Shown: in pieces, positions 18,839 to 28,353 of the stretch
Position numbering within the stretch: position 1 is the first letter of the stretch
Layout of the letters: each line of letters opens with the position of its first letter
DNA from: a virus
Direction: 5' to 3' (one strand)
DNA: 64,000 nt
Virus record (IMG/VR): IMGVR_UViG_3300035698_010610
Coordinates: 26,315-90,314 of that record
Made by a program: the position numbers and the translations under genes
The notes under the pieces: model-generated
What the model saw: only the letters and a program-made list of their open reading frames with translations
Told to the model about the DNA's origin: nothing
Databases searched by the model: none

Positions 18839-19297
18839 ATTTCACACGTTGCCAAAATCGACATGGCGATAAAAGACCTCGCCGCCTTTGCTAAGGCGGT
18901 GGAACTACTCGGCGGAACTTACCACCCCGCCAAGACAAAGTGGCGATGGTTCGGGACGTGGGTGCAGGACTACAACGAGGGCGACGCCGCCTACAAACAC
19001 GGTATCGACCCGAAGCGGTACGGAACCGCTGACGCTGGCGTTGTCACGATGCCCGGTTGCAATTGGGATGTCGGCATTTACAAGCACCCGACCAAGCCGG
19101 GCGTCTACGTTCCCGTGTTTGATTTCTTCACTGGCGGACACGGGCTGGTCAAGGCCCTCGGCGGGCAGGAATTGCAGGGGCTCAAAATCCGATACGCTGC
19201 GGAGGTAACAAAGAAGAAACTCCGCAAAAATGGATACAAGGTCAGGGAGTCGCAGGACAAATGCGGCCGCCCGAAACTGGTCGCCACCAAACTCTAA
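18839..19297 (+). CDS. DUF1257/Ycf35-like protein (probable ATT start)
   Basis: (M)SHVAKIDMAIKDLAAFAKAVELLG...WDVG...YAAEVTKKKLRKNGYKV; GAGGT RBS before the ATT; first ATG is at 18863. Confidence 0.75.
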   Translation: MSHVAKIDMAIKDLAAFAKAVELLGGTYHPAKTKWRWFGTWVQDYNEGDAAYKHGIDPKRYGTADAGVVTMPGCNWDVGIYKHPTKPGVYVPVFDFFTGGHGLVKALGGQELQGLKIRYAAEVTKKKLRKNGYKVRESQDKCGRPKLVATKL

Positions 19298-19313
19298 CGC
19301 GAGGACAATCAAC

Positions 19314-19499
19314 ATGGCGAAGGTCACAGTTGAATTCGACGAGAACGGCAACCCGACTATCGACGTGTCGGGGATGGACGGCAGCGGGTGCGAAGCGGAG
19401 ACCCGCGAACTTGAAGAAGCCCTCGGCACCCGAGCGGGCAATACCCGGAAGCCCGAATACCACCGGGCACCGAAGCAGCAACAACGTCGCAGTCTGTAA
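19314..19499 (+). CDS. DUF2997 protein
   Basis: VEFDENGNPTIDVSGMDGSGCEAETRELEEALG...KPEYH. Confidence 0.85.
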   Translation: MAKVTVEFDENGNPTIDVSGMDGSGCEAETRELEEALGTRAGNTRKPEYHRAPKQQQRRSL

Positions 19500-19525
19500 T
19501 ATCACCACCCACACGGGAGAGTAAG

Positions 19526-19777
19526 ATGGCGAAGGAAACCGTTCTGCACGTTACGGCCAACGGGCTCGTTCAGTTTATCTGGAACGATGAATTGTCCGTA
19601 CTGCTCGAAGAAGGGCCAGCCGAAGTTCGTCGGGTGTCGCACGTCGAATTCGATGCCAGCACCCAAGGATGGACGGCTGACCTCTCCCCGGTGAACGGCC
19701 CGACGCTCGGACCGTTCCCAACCCGCCAGGACGCCCTGGCGGCCGAAGTCGAATGGCTGCGCGCCAACGACTTTTGA
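19526..19777 (+). CDS. Conserved small protein of the AAA-DUF1257-DUF2997 cassette
   Basis: RRVSHVEFD...GWTADLSPVNGPTLGPFPTRQDALAAEVEWL. Confidence 0.8.
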   Translation: MAKETVLHVTANGLVQFIWNDELSVLLEEGPAEVRRVSHVEFDASTQGWTADLSPVNGPTLGPFPTRQDALAAEVEWLRANDF

Positions 19778-20161
19778 TCGTCCCCCGAGCAATGCCCGCC
19801 GCGTCCGTTGGGCGCGGCGGGCCGAAAGGACTCTATTGCGACACCGCCGCCAACTCTGCAATCGTCAACTGGAGGAATTGGGCATTCGCCCTACCGCCAC
19901 ATGGCAGGTCGGTGGTCTGCAACCGGGCGATGTTGTCCGGCTGTTGATCGTCGCCGAAGAAGCAGTGCCGCGTGCGATAACCGTCACCGTGACGCACGTT
20001 ATGCACCACGGCCACTACATCGTGGCCCACGCCGTTTGCAAAACGGACGGGCAAGCCGTTGAGTTCCGTTTGCCCGTTGAACGCCCTGACGAATGGGGCG
20101 TTGTCTCTTGCCGACTCGTCACCCGATCAAATACCCAATTGCACCCGTCCCGATGGAGGAG

Positions 20162-20446
20162 ATGATGGTCACAAAAGAACAATTCGCCGAGGAAGAACGC
20201 CGAGCGTCCATCGCATTTATCAACCAGCCCGAAAAGTGGCCGTTGAAATCCGGGCTGCCCATGAAGCGCCGCACCGGGGTGCCGGGAGAATTGCCCGATC
20301 ATTGCGTCATCCTGCACCCGCCGTTCGTTGCGGGCGGCCCCGCTGAACTCCATTCGTGGGCTGATGACACTTCCATTTCAAAAGAACCGGTCCACACGTA
20401 CGGCTCGGCCGCCGAATGCGTTGCCGACGGCTGGGTCGTTGACTGA
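20162..20446 (+). CDS. Conserved phage protein
   Basis: WP...LPMKRR...YGSAAECVADGWVVD. Confidence 0.65.
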   Translation: MMVTKEQFAEEERRASIAFINQPEKWPLKSGLPMKRRTGVPGELPDHCVILHPPFVAGGPAELHSWADDTSISKEPVHTYGSAAECVADGWVVD

Positions 20447-20475
20447 ACCGCAACGCCATCACGAGAGGATGGGAC

Positions 20476-20772
20476 ATGCCGCGAACACTGAAATTCAAAC
20501 GGAAATACCGCCGCTGGCTGGATGCCGACAAACAGGTGCAAGTCGAACAGATGGCCATGTTCGGCTTTTCGTACCGGGCTATGGGCGAGGTTATCCTCGG
20601 CATCCCGGCGAAGTCCGACACCAACGAGGCGAGGGCTGCGAGGCACGCCTGCATGCAGTACATTCACACCACGAGCATTCGGCTGCGGCAGTGGCGGAAC
20701 TGTGAAAGCGTCGTGGCGAAAAACACGGCGTATCGGGCCGCGAAGACTGGCCGCCGCAAGCGGCGTGCCTAA
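20476..20772 (+). CDS. Basic hypothetical protein
   Basis: GAGG RBS; R/K-rich. Confidence 0.55.
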   Translation: MPRTLKFKRKYRRWLDADKQVQVEQMAMFGFSYRAMGEVILGIPAKSDTNEARAARHACMQYIHTTSIRLRQWRNCESVVAKNTAYRAAKTGRRKRRA

Positions 20773-20783
20773 CGAATCTGGGT

Positions 20784-20830
20784 CGCCCGCTGTCGGGTTT
20801 ACGCTTGGTTGCCCGGCGGCGGGTGTTTTT
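20784..20830 (+). terminator. Intrinsic terminator
   Basis: CGCCCGCTGTCGGGT...GCCCGGCGGCGGGTG stem followed by TTTTT. Confidence 0.6.
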
Positions 20831-20847
20831 ACGAAGGGAGAATTGTA

Positions 20848-21051
20848 GTGGACAACTGCCTTTCTATCAGTACGTCGCGACCGGACTACATCGACATTTC
20901 TATTTCCGAAGAGTCCGCCGATTGCATCGTTATTTGCATTTCCGACGCAGACGCCGACATTGCCGAGGCCGCTATAAGTTCTGCCGACGCACGCACGCTG
21001 GCCGAGGGGCTTATCAAGCTTGCCGACGACGTCACAAAGGGAGAATCGTAA
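20848..21051 (+). CDS. Small acidic hypothetical protein
   Basis: GGGAG RBS, GTG start. Confidence 0.45.
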   Translation: MDNCLSISTSRPDYIDISISEESADCIVICISDADADIAEAAISSADARTLAEGLIKLADDVTKGES

Positions 21052-21236
21052 TGGGATACCACGAAAACTTTCACACGAACGCGGGTGGGTTCGCCGCTGT
21101 TGACGTTCGCGAGGACGGCGTTTTCCTCGACTGTGAAGACTGCGAGGGCGACACGTCAACGCTGTACCTTGACGCGAACGAGGCCGTCAAGTTGGCAGGC
21201 ATACCGACCCGTGCCGCTGACTCGTTGAAACCGTAA
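21051..21236 (+). CDS. Small acidic hypothetical protein
   Basis: TAATG coupling, GGGAG RBS. Confidence 0.5.
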   Translation: MGYHENFHTNAGGFAAVDVREDGVFLDCEDCEGDTSTLYLDANEAVKLAGIPTRAADSLKP

Positions 21237-21258
21237 CACCAACTGAACGGAGGCGACG

Positions 21259-21798
21259 ATGGGCAAGAGACAATGCGGAGAATGTGCAGCGTGCTGTGCG
21301 TGGACGCGGCTTGAATTCCTGCCCGACAAGCCACGCGGCGAACTGTGCCCGCACGCCCACACGGACACCGCAACGCAGGGGCGGTGTTCCATCTACGAGA
21401 CAAGGCCGTCGGTCTGCAAAGGGTTCTCCTGTTCATGGCTCGACGGCTACCTCGACAACGACGCCCGACCTGACCGGTCCGGCATGTTATTTGAGACTAT
21501 GCAATTCAGCAACGAGATCGGCCCCGTTGAACCGACAATCTTGCTCGGAATCGTAAACGACATCGACAAGGCTCGCGAATACACCGAGGAGCGGATCGGC
21601 GAGTTCGTTCGCCATGATACCGCGATCCTGCTTGCGTCTCGCGACCCGGACGGCAAAACTTTTATAGCCGGTGACAAGCGGGGAGTCGCCGTCATTGAAG
21701 CTTTTCTTCGCAACACCGCTGCCAACGGCCTGGAGGTGCGATACGCCGACGGCAATATCGAGCGCATTTCTGCCGAAGAACTCAACCGGAGAACATAA
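21259..21798 (+). CDS. YkgJ-like CxxCxxCC zinc/iron-chelating protein
   Basis: CGECAACC...CPH...CSIYETRPSVCKGFSC. Confidence 0.85.
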   Translation: MGKRQCGECAACCAWTRLEFLPDKPRGELCPHAHTDTATQGRCSIYETRPSVCKGFSCSWLDGYLDNDARPDRSGMLFETMQFSNEIGPVEPTILLGIVNDIDKAREYTEERIGEFVRHDTAILLASRDPDGKTFIAGDKRGVAVIEAFLRNTAANGLEVRYADGNIERISAEELNRRT

Positions 21799-21824
21799 CG
21801 TCCACCATCAACAGGAGAGTAAAA

Positions 21825-22769
21825 ATGAAAGCACCATGTACCGAGGATCAGCTTACCCGCGCTCTGCGATACGCCCCCACCATTCCGGACGGCATGCATC
21901 GCGGTGCTAAGGTCACCAGTGACATCGTGCAGGCTGGCACGGCCATGACAATCGTAAGCCATCGCAACTGGCTGATGAAACAGCAAGACCCGTGGAAAGT
22001 GCGGCTCGACTCCGACTTCCGCGTTGCGTCCTTGCACGCCGACGGAACCAACTGGATGAACGGCACGCCGCAGGAAATCTCGCAAATGGTCGAGCCGATG
22101 GAGATGGTGCGAAACCGAAGACTCCCCGGCAGCCGGGTTCTCGTCGGCGGGCTCGGGCTTGGCATCCTGACGCACCTAATGCACCGCTACGCAAAAGCGA
22201 CCCGCGTTGATACCGTGGAGAACGATGGCCGCGTGATTCACCTCGTCAAGGATCACGTCCTGCACGACGAGATTATTCAGGCCGACATTCACCGATTTTG
22301 CGAGACGCTGGCCGCGAACCAGTATGATTTTGCGGCGATCGACTCCTGGGCACCAACCGGCGAATCCGCATGGTACGACCGCGTTCTGCCGCTGCGAAGG
22401 GCGCTGCGAGGCAAAGTGCCGGTCGTGTGGTGCTGGGCCGAGGATGAAATGCAAGGGCAGCTTCGCTCGGCACTTGTCAAAGCGATGCTGTTTGATTTCG
22501 GCAACTACGGCGGATGGTATCGCCGGGTCCGTCCGATAGCCTCCGTGGCTGACGCTCGCGGAATCGCGCCAGCCGCCAACCGGATCGCAACCGACGATCA
22601 CGACGCAATGCTCGGAGTGCTCGGTGAAGTAAACCCGCTCACAGGGGAGCACTCAAACCCGGCGATCAACGGCCTCGTGAGCGAATTCCTCGACGTGTCG
22701 TCCGAGTCCTGGGAAGCGGTCTTCGGGGGCCTCTGGGACGCCGCAACAATGGAGGGTATGGAAACGTGA
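21825..22769 (+). CDS. Class I SAM-dependent methyltransferase (spermidine-synthase-like)
   Basis: VLVGGLGLG, VDTVEND, IIQADI, YDFAAIDSW. Confidence 0.8.
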   Translation: MKAPCTEDQLTRALRYAPTIPDGMHRGAKVTSDIVQAGTAMTIVSHRNWLMKQQDPWKVRLDSDFRVASLHADGTNWMNGTPQEISQMVEPMEMVRNRRLPGSRVLVGGLGLGILTHLMHRYAKATRVDTVENDGRVIHLVKDHVLHDEIIQADIHRFCETLAANQYDFAAIDSWAPTGESAWYDRVLPLRRALRGKVPVVWCWAEDEMQGQLRSALVKAMLFDFGNYGGWYRRVRPIASVADARGIAPAANRIATDDHDAMLGVLGEVNPLTGEHSNPAINGLVSEFLDVSSESWEAVFGGLWDAATMEGMET

Positions 22770-23194
22770 AACAACAACTGACCGACGCCTACCGCCGCAG
22801 TAGGAACCTCCAAAAGTACGCCGCGGCCATTTTCGCCCGGGTCGGTATCCACAGGGCGGACATCGTTCTGAAATGGCACGGCGGAGACGTGTTTGCCGTC
22901 CGAGTCTCCCCGGATTCGTTCACCCGGCCGCTCGGCGACTACGCGGAAATGCTGGGAGCCCTGCGAATCCGCTTTCGGCGACTACTCACCGGCACGATCC
23001 AATATGGGTCGATTTCCATTGCCGTTGCCGATGGCCGCATCAAGCGGTTGGAATGGACGCACCTATACCGACCCGGCGACCGGCTCGACGCCCTCGCCAA
23101 TCACCTTTTTTTGGCCGGAAAGCTTCGCGCTGACAGTGAACGCGGATCGGACGCGGAGCAACTCAATGCACTCTTTCGCCCGACAGGAGAATAA
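22766..23194 (+). CDS. Hypothetical protein
   Basis: GTGA overlap, operon continuity. Confidence 0.55.
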   Translation: MKQQLTDAYRRSRNLQKYAAAIFARVGIHRADIVLKWHGGDVFAVRVSPDSFTRPLGDYAEMLGALRIRFRRLLTGTIQYGSISIAVADGRIKRLEWTHLYRPGDRLDALANHLFLAGKLRADSERGSDAEQLNALFRPTGE

Positions 23195-23256
23195 CCAGCC
23201 TAGTTTTTAGGCCGCGCTCCTGCCGGTGCGGATTTTTACACCAACGAAAGAACGGT

Positions 23257-23874
23257 ATGCAAAACCCATACCTCGACTACGCCGCAGACTTCGTGCGGCA
23301 TCCCACCCCCGACGGAACCGTGCTTCGCGGAAGTGAACTGGGGGACCTTGGCGACATAATGCAAGCGCAGAGACACCGCCACCTGGCCGTCCAGAATTGG
23401 GCGTGGGCAATCCCGACGGAGCCCATTGTCCGGGCGATCGCCGAACTGTCCCCGATTATTGAGATGGGCGCGGGGACGGGCTACTGGGCATGGTGCCTGA
23501 ACCAGTGCGGAGCCGACGTGCTGGCGTTCGACCACGCGCCGCCTGGGCTCAACAGCCACAACACCCACCACCACACAACCACGCAATGGCATCCGGTGCA
23601 AGTTGGTCGCCCGTCGATCCTGCGGTGTTATTCTGACCGCACACTCATGCTGTGCTGGCCCGACTACGACAACGACTTTGCAGCCGAGTGCCTGCGCAGT
23701 CACCGGGGAACCGATCTGGTGTTTATCGGCGAGGGGCAGGGCGGCTGCACGGGAAACGATCTGTTTTTCGACCTTCTCAGTTGCAACTACAGGAACCCGG
23801 CCACGCTGTATATCCCGCAATGGGATGGCATTCACGACGCCGTTCACCTTTACAAGAGGAACCGAAACCGATGA
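23257..23874 (+). CDS. Class I SAM-dependent methyltransferase-like protein
   Basis: WAWAIP...IIEMGAGTGYWA...LMLCWP...FIGEGQGGCTG. Confidence 0.8.
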   Translation: MQNPYLDYAADFVRHPTPDGTVLRGSELGDLGDIMQAQRHRHLAVQNWAWAIPTEPIVRAIAELSPIIEMGAGTGYWAWCLNQCGADVLAFDHAPPGLNSHNTHHHTTTQWHPVQVGRPSILRCYSDRTLMLCWPDYDNDFAAECLRSHRGTDLVFIGEGQGGCTGNDLFFDLLSCNYRNPATLYIPQWDGIHDAVHLYKRNRNR

Positions 23875-24146
23875 AATCGTTCGGAATATTTTGCACTAGG
23901 ATCGTGGGGGCCGCGTCGCTACTTGTGGGGGCCGTCATCCCGCTAGGTGTTCAGTGGCTCTACTGCCACGGGCCGGACTGGACGCAACTCAAGTCGGGGC
24001 ATAGCGAGAACGAACCCGCCGCCGGGCTCTGCCTGACGGCAGCCTTGACAGTTTTCCTGTTTATCGTATTCGGCTGCTGGATGTTCGTGATCGCCAGCAA
24101 CGCATCGCCGGAGGACGACAAACAACCTCCACCGGCTGGCCGGTGA
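23871..24146 (+). CDS. Two-TM membrane protein
   Basis: Two hydrophobic segments; ATGA overlap. Confidence 0.55.
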   Translation: MKSFGIFCTRIVGAASLLVGAVIPLGVQWLYCHGPDWTQLKSGHSENEPAAGLCLTAALTVFLFIVFGCWMFVIASNASPEDDKQPPPAGR

Positions 24147-24388
24147 TGGACCAGGTACGGCTCAAACCAAACAGCGTTATAATGGACGCTTAGGAAAATG
24201 ATGACTTGGCAGGGCATCGCGGGCTTGGACCGTCCGAAGCGATGCATTGCCCCCGGCTTCGGGCCGGGACTCTCCCGTGGCGTGCGACCACGCGCCACGC
24301 CTGCGCCGAGCGAACGGTCCGGGCGGCTGGGCATCCACTCGCTGCTTCCCGGCGCAGGACCTTTTTCTCAAGCACAAAGGACCCCCCA

Positions 24389-24793
24389 ATGCGAAAGAAA
24401 CCTTACCCACCGGCAGCCCGGATTATCAACGGCATTCCGCTGTCCATGCGAACGACCGACGCCGACGGGATGAATGGGGCTTTTTGGGTTGGCAACCTGC
24501 GGTGCATCGTATCTGACGGCGGCGGCTGGGATCATGTTAGCGTGTCCCTGCCGGACCGTTGCCCGACGTGGCAGGAAATGCAACGAGCCCGAGCGTGTTT
24601 CTGGCGCGACGATGAATGGGTGGTGCAATACTCGCCCGCCGTCACGTCGCATATCAACTACCATCAGTCTTGTCTCCACTGGTGGAAACCGCAGAACGAA
24701 ACGATGCCGACGCCCCCGCCGGAATTCGTGGGGGTGCCGGAGACTGCGGCTGACCGCGACAAGCTCTATCAACGAAAGGGGCGACACCGTTGA
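24389..24793 (+). CDS. Conserved phage protein (W-D/E-HVSVS family)
   Basis: GWDHVSVSLPDRCPTWQEM...VVQYSP...HINYHQSCLHWWKP. Confidence 0.8.
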   Translation: MRKKPYPPAARIINGIPLSMRTTDADGMNGAFWVGNLRCIVSDGGGWDHVSVSLPDRCPTWQEMQRARACFWRDDEWVVQYSPAVTSHINYHQSCLHWWKPQNETMPTPPPEFVGVPETAADRDKLYQRKGRHR

Positions 24794-24835
24794 AGTGCAA
24801 TTTGAAACTGACCCGCAACCAACTGGAGGACGATC

Positions 24836-25105
24836 ATGTCCCCGCTTGAATTACAGGAAGTCATCGACCAGATCCACGCCGTCGGGCCGACTCGGGTGAT
24901 CGTTGACGATCAAGGCACGGCGATGTCGCCAACCTACGCCGCACATTGCGGCCACGACATCGCCATCGCGGTGGTCTTCATCCGTGCTGACGGGTGGTCG
25001 CTCGGCGCGGCTGCTGAACTGGAAGACGCTGCAAGATCGATATGGCCTGAGAGTTGGGTTGCGGTCTTGCGTGGTTTCCTTTTGGAATTGGAGAACCCGC
25101 GATGA
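24836..25105 (+). CDS. Hypothetical protein
   Basis: GGAGG RBS. Confidence 0.55.
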   Translation: MSPLELQEVIDQIHAVGPTRVIVDDQGTAMSPTYAAHCGHDIAIAVVFIRADGWSLGAAAELEDAARSIWPESWVAVLRGFLLELENPR

Positions 25106-25515
25106 CCGACAAAGTGACAAAAATGCAAGCCGCCGACCGTATGGCGTTCACCCTGTGGCCGCACAACTGGGCCAACCTGTTCGAGTGCTTGCACTCCGGG
25201 CTGTCTCGGATCGAGTCTTCCGGTGCGTTCTGGGCATCTGTCCAGGCGCTGGAAAGTCAGTACGACGCGGCGACCGGGGAGTCGCATGGCTGGATCGGGC
25301 GGCCGACGCCGCACGCCCTTGTCAATGACGATCTCGTCGGGGCTATCGCCGCCCTGGAATCAATCCTGGACGACATCAATGAAGGAACGCAAGTGGATGT
25401 TGAAGCAGTTCGTCTGGCGATAGAAGATCGCATTCTCAAACGATTACAGCGGGCCGCTGGCACGCTCAACCCGGCCGGGCATTACCGTGACTTTGACCGG
25501 AATAAACAGGAATAA
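25102..25515 (+). CDS. Hypothetical protein
   Basis: ATGA overlap, GGAG RBS. Confidence 0.55.
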   Translation: MTDKVTKMQAADRMAFTLWPHNWANLFECLHSGLSRIESSGAFWASVQALESQYDAATGESHGWIGRPTPHALVNDDLVGAIAALESILDDINEGTQVDVEAVRLAIEDRILKRLQRAAGTLNPAGHYRDFDRNKQE

Positions 25516-25527
25516 GGAGGCAGCTAG

Positions 25528-25833
25528 ATGGACCGGGCCTTTATGATCGACTTTTTCCTCTTCATCACGTTCGGGTCTACATTGTGCGTTGGCATCGGCC
25601 TGCGGATGGGGGCGGACGTGGCGTGGAGTCAATCGGAAATTCTCACCTCCCGCATGGCGGAAATTCTCGCCTCCAGCATAGACGGCACGCAGGATGCGGA
25701 GCGGAAGAAAGTCGCGCACTACATCGGGGCCACCCTTACACTTTACGGAGTGCTTCAAGGGGCGTCGCGTATCTGGTTCGGCGCGGCCGTTGTCACGGCC
25801 GTCGCGGGGGCCATCTATCACTTCATTTTCTAA
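25528..25833 (+). CDS. Membrane protein
   Basis: AAGGAGG RBS; hydrophobic segments. Confidence 0.6.
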   Translation: MDRAFMIDFFLFITFGSTLCVGIGLRMGADVAWSQSEILTSRMAEILASSIDGTQDAERKKVAHYIGATLTLYGVLQGASRIWFGAAVVTAVAGAIYHFIF

Positions 25834-25846
25834 GGGGGGAGTTCTG

Positions 25847-26341
25847 GTGCATTTTGACACAACGCCTTCGCCTGTCCATTGCCGGGAAACACGGGGCGTC
25901 CTGGAGAGCATCCTTGCCCAAGTGACCCGCCTCATGGGCCTGTACGGGGTGCCGTCCTCGGCGGTGTTCCTTGCTGCTGTGGACCCCGAGACCGACAAAA
26001 CGCATCTCGTAGCGCTGCCGACAAAGAAGTTGCTCAGCCCGGACGAACCCGGCGATCCGAGCAACCCGCCGATTGATGCACTCCGGGCCGTAGCGCTTCA
26101 CGCGGCAATGGTCTCCGCAGCCCCTCACGCCAACCCGGCAGGGTGGTGGTCCGGCATCCTGGTGGCGGAAGGCAGCCCAGATCAAGGGCGGGCTATTGCC
26201 CATGTTATCACGCCGGGATGTGCGTGGATGGCCGACGTCACTGCAAAATGGGACACACCCGAAGAATGCCCGAACCTCGACCGTCCCAATGCCTGGGACC
26301 GCGGCATCGTACGCTTCACTGCACCGCACAACGCGAACTAA
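25847..26341 (+). CDS. Hypothetical protein
   Basis: GGGGAG RBS, GTG start. Confidence 0.5.
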   Translation: MHFDTTPSPVHCRETRGVLESILAQVTRLMGLYGVPSSAVFLAAVDPETDKTHLVALPTKKLLSPDEPGDPSNPPIDALRAVALHAAMVSAAPHANPAGWWSGILVAEGSPDQGRAIAHVITPGCAWMADVTAKWDTPEECPNLDRPNAWDRGIVRFTAPHNAN

Positions 26342-26362
26342 GCCCACGGAAAGGTCAACTAG

Positions 26363-26824
26363 ATGGACGGGGCACAACAGCGGGCCAACGCATTCACGGA
26401 CCGCCACGACATCGCGTTCGGAGACTATCGCAAACACCTTCCAGCAAAAGCGAGGGATTTCCCGCCGCCAGAGCGGATCAAGTCCCACGCCGTGATGCGG
26501 CAATTTCACTTCCTCTGGGACCATTGCCAAGTCTGCGGCCGAGGAAGCCGCAGGCTTGGCGTCAAACTGGAGGCCCACCACATCATCGGCGGGCAGCAAG
26601 GGCGCAGCGACGAACTGTGCAACCTGCTGATGCTTTGCGACGACCATCACCGCGACGTGAAAACCCGCAAGCTGCCGCAGGGGTTGTTGATCTGGTGCAA
26701 GTGGCGAACGGACCGGTTCAACACGGACTGGGTGCGCCTTGCAATTCTGTCGCGGCGATTCCTGCCCGACCTGATTATCGACCGCGAATTAGCTGCGTCA
26801 TATTTCCGAGAACTGACACGCTAA
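26363..26824 (+). CDS. HNH endonuclease
   Basis: CQVC...EAHHIIGG...DELCNLLMLCDDHH. Confidence 0.85.
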   Translation: MDGAQQRANAFTDRHDIAFGDYRKHLPAKARDFPPPERIKSHAVMRQFHFLWDHCQVCGRGSRRLGVKLEAHHIIGGQQGRSDELCNLLMLCDDHHRDVKTRKLPQGLLIWCKWRTDRFNTDWVRLAILSRRFLPDLIIDRELAASYFRELTR

Positions 26825-26839
26825 TCGAAAGGGAAAGCC

Positions 26840-27127
26840 GTGAAACACAAAACCAACATCACCCGATTCACGTCAGCGGTTGCGGACGCCGACGGCAACA
26901 CCGATAAAATGCGAGTGGAAACCACCGGGAAGGTCTTGATCTACCCCCGGAAGCACAAAGCCGCCGCCCGTCAAATCGGCCGACTGCAAACCGAACTGAT
27001 CGAAGAGGTGAAGGAACACAACAGAACCCGGAATCGGGCCAAACACTGCACCAACTGCGCCGCCTGGAAGGATGGTGTTTGCGGAATGCTTTCCGGCAAG
27101 CAGGATCGTCACGTTACGTCCGGGTAG
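26840..27127 (+). CDS. Hypothetical protein with Cys cluster
   Basis: CTNCAAW...C. Confidence 0.5.
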   Translation: MKHKTNITRFTSAVADADGNTDKMRVETTGKVLIYPRKHKAAARQIGRLQTELIEEVKEHNRTRNRAKHCTNCAAWKDGVCGMLSGKQDRHVTSG

Positions 27128-27228
27128 ACGGGCGGGGTGCTCATTCTCAATACCACCCAGGTGCTAACGTGCGGCGATTTCGGCTGCGTGATGTTCCGCC
27201 CCCGACTTACGAAAAAGGGAGCCAAGCC

Positions 27229-27438
27229 GTGAAGCTGCAATACACGTTTACCTGCCACGCAATCGACTCCGCCAACGGAAAGTCCGCCGAACTCGATGCG
27301 GAGCAACTTGAAGACCTTGATGCATTGTTCGAGGACTACATTAGCAGGTTCATCCCGTCGGGGCTGGAAACGGCCGACGGGGGCCAGGTGATCGTGTTCG
27401 GTGTTGAACTGACCAATGACACACAAGAGACCCAATGA
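27229..27438 (+). CDS. Small acidic hypothetical protein
   Basis: GGGAG RBS, GTG start. Confidence 0.45.
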   Translation: MKLQYTFTCHAIDSANGKSAELDAEQLEDLDALFEDYISRFIPSGLETADGGQVIVFGVELTNDTQETQ

Positions 27439-28286
27439 TGGAAACCACGAAATCGGAACTACGCAACCGCGTTATCGCCCTCGCCCGTGACCTCGAAGAA
27501 CAGATCAACACGGCTGCGTTTCAAACCGAACGAGCCGACGGGCTGGCACAGGAGGTCGCTGGACTCACCACCGACCTCCGCACGCTGACGAACACCCTGT
27601 TTGAGTTGCGCCGAGCCGCCGCACAAGCAGAAGCCCAGACGAACGCTGACGCTGACCGCGACCGTGCTCGCGAACAACCGAAAGCACCGGCGCCAGAAAC
27701 CACCGGCCACGTCTCTGATGACTCCGGGGACGGCAGGCACGTCACCATCACGACCGGCCCATTCCGTTGCGTGGCGAGATACAAGCGGAAAGTCCTCGCC
27801 GAAAAGATCGGAAACATGCAGCAAGACCAGTTCCAAATCCAGGCGGCATACATCGCTTGCCAACGCCACCTGGAGATGGCCAAGCGGACCCGCGACCGAT
27901 GCAAGGCATTATACGAAGGCACGAAGGCGGCAAGATACGAAGACACCCTGAGAGCTTTTGTCACGCACGCCTACGAAGTGCCGCTGCTTGAATGGGTTCG
28001 CCAGCACCACAAGGCATACCTGGCGTGCGATCCCGGCGGCTGTGGAGTTGACTTCCGGAAAGCCATGCAATGCGTCCTCGCACTGGCAGGGGGCGCCGAC
28101 GCACGCTCGCCGCAACCCCCTGCCGAAGGCGCTTTGGATGCGCTCACTGCCACGCTGAAAGCAGCCGACGAACACCGAGACATTGCCAGCGACGTGCCGA
28201 CGCAAACGGAGGCGAAAGAAGGCGGATCGCCACACAGCGGCATCCCGTCAGCGCCGAACCCCGAAGGCCGGGAACTGGAGCGATGA
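27435..28286 (+). CDS. Coiled-coil hypothetical protein
   Basis: 283-aa ORF with heptads. Confidence 0.65.
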   Translation: MMETTKSELRNRVIALARDLEEQINTAAFQTERADGLAQEVAGLTTDLRTLTNTLFELRRAAAQAEAQTNADADRDRAREQPKAPAPETTGHVSDDSGDGRHVTITTGPFRCVARYKRKVLAEKIGNMQQDQFQIQAAYIACQRHLEMAKRTRDRCKALYEGTKAARYEDTLRAFVTHAYEVPLLEWVRQHHKAYLACDPGGCGVDFRKAMQCVLALAGGADARSPQPPAEGALDALTATLKAADEHRDIASDVPTQTEAKEGGSPHSGIPSAPNPEGRELER

Positions 28287-28353
28287 ATGGCCGACCGGGC
28301 CGCAACAACCGCTTACGTTCGAGACATTAAACACAAAAAGGATTTACACCAAC

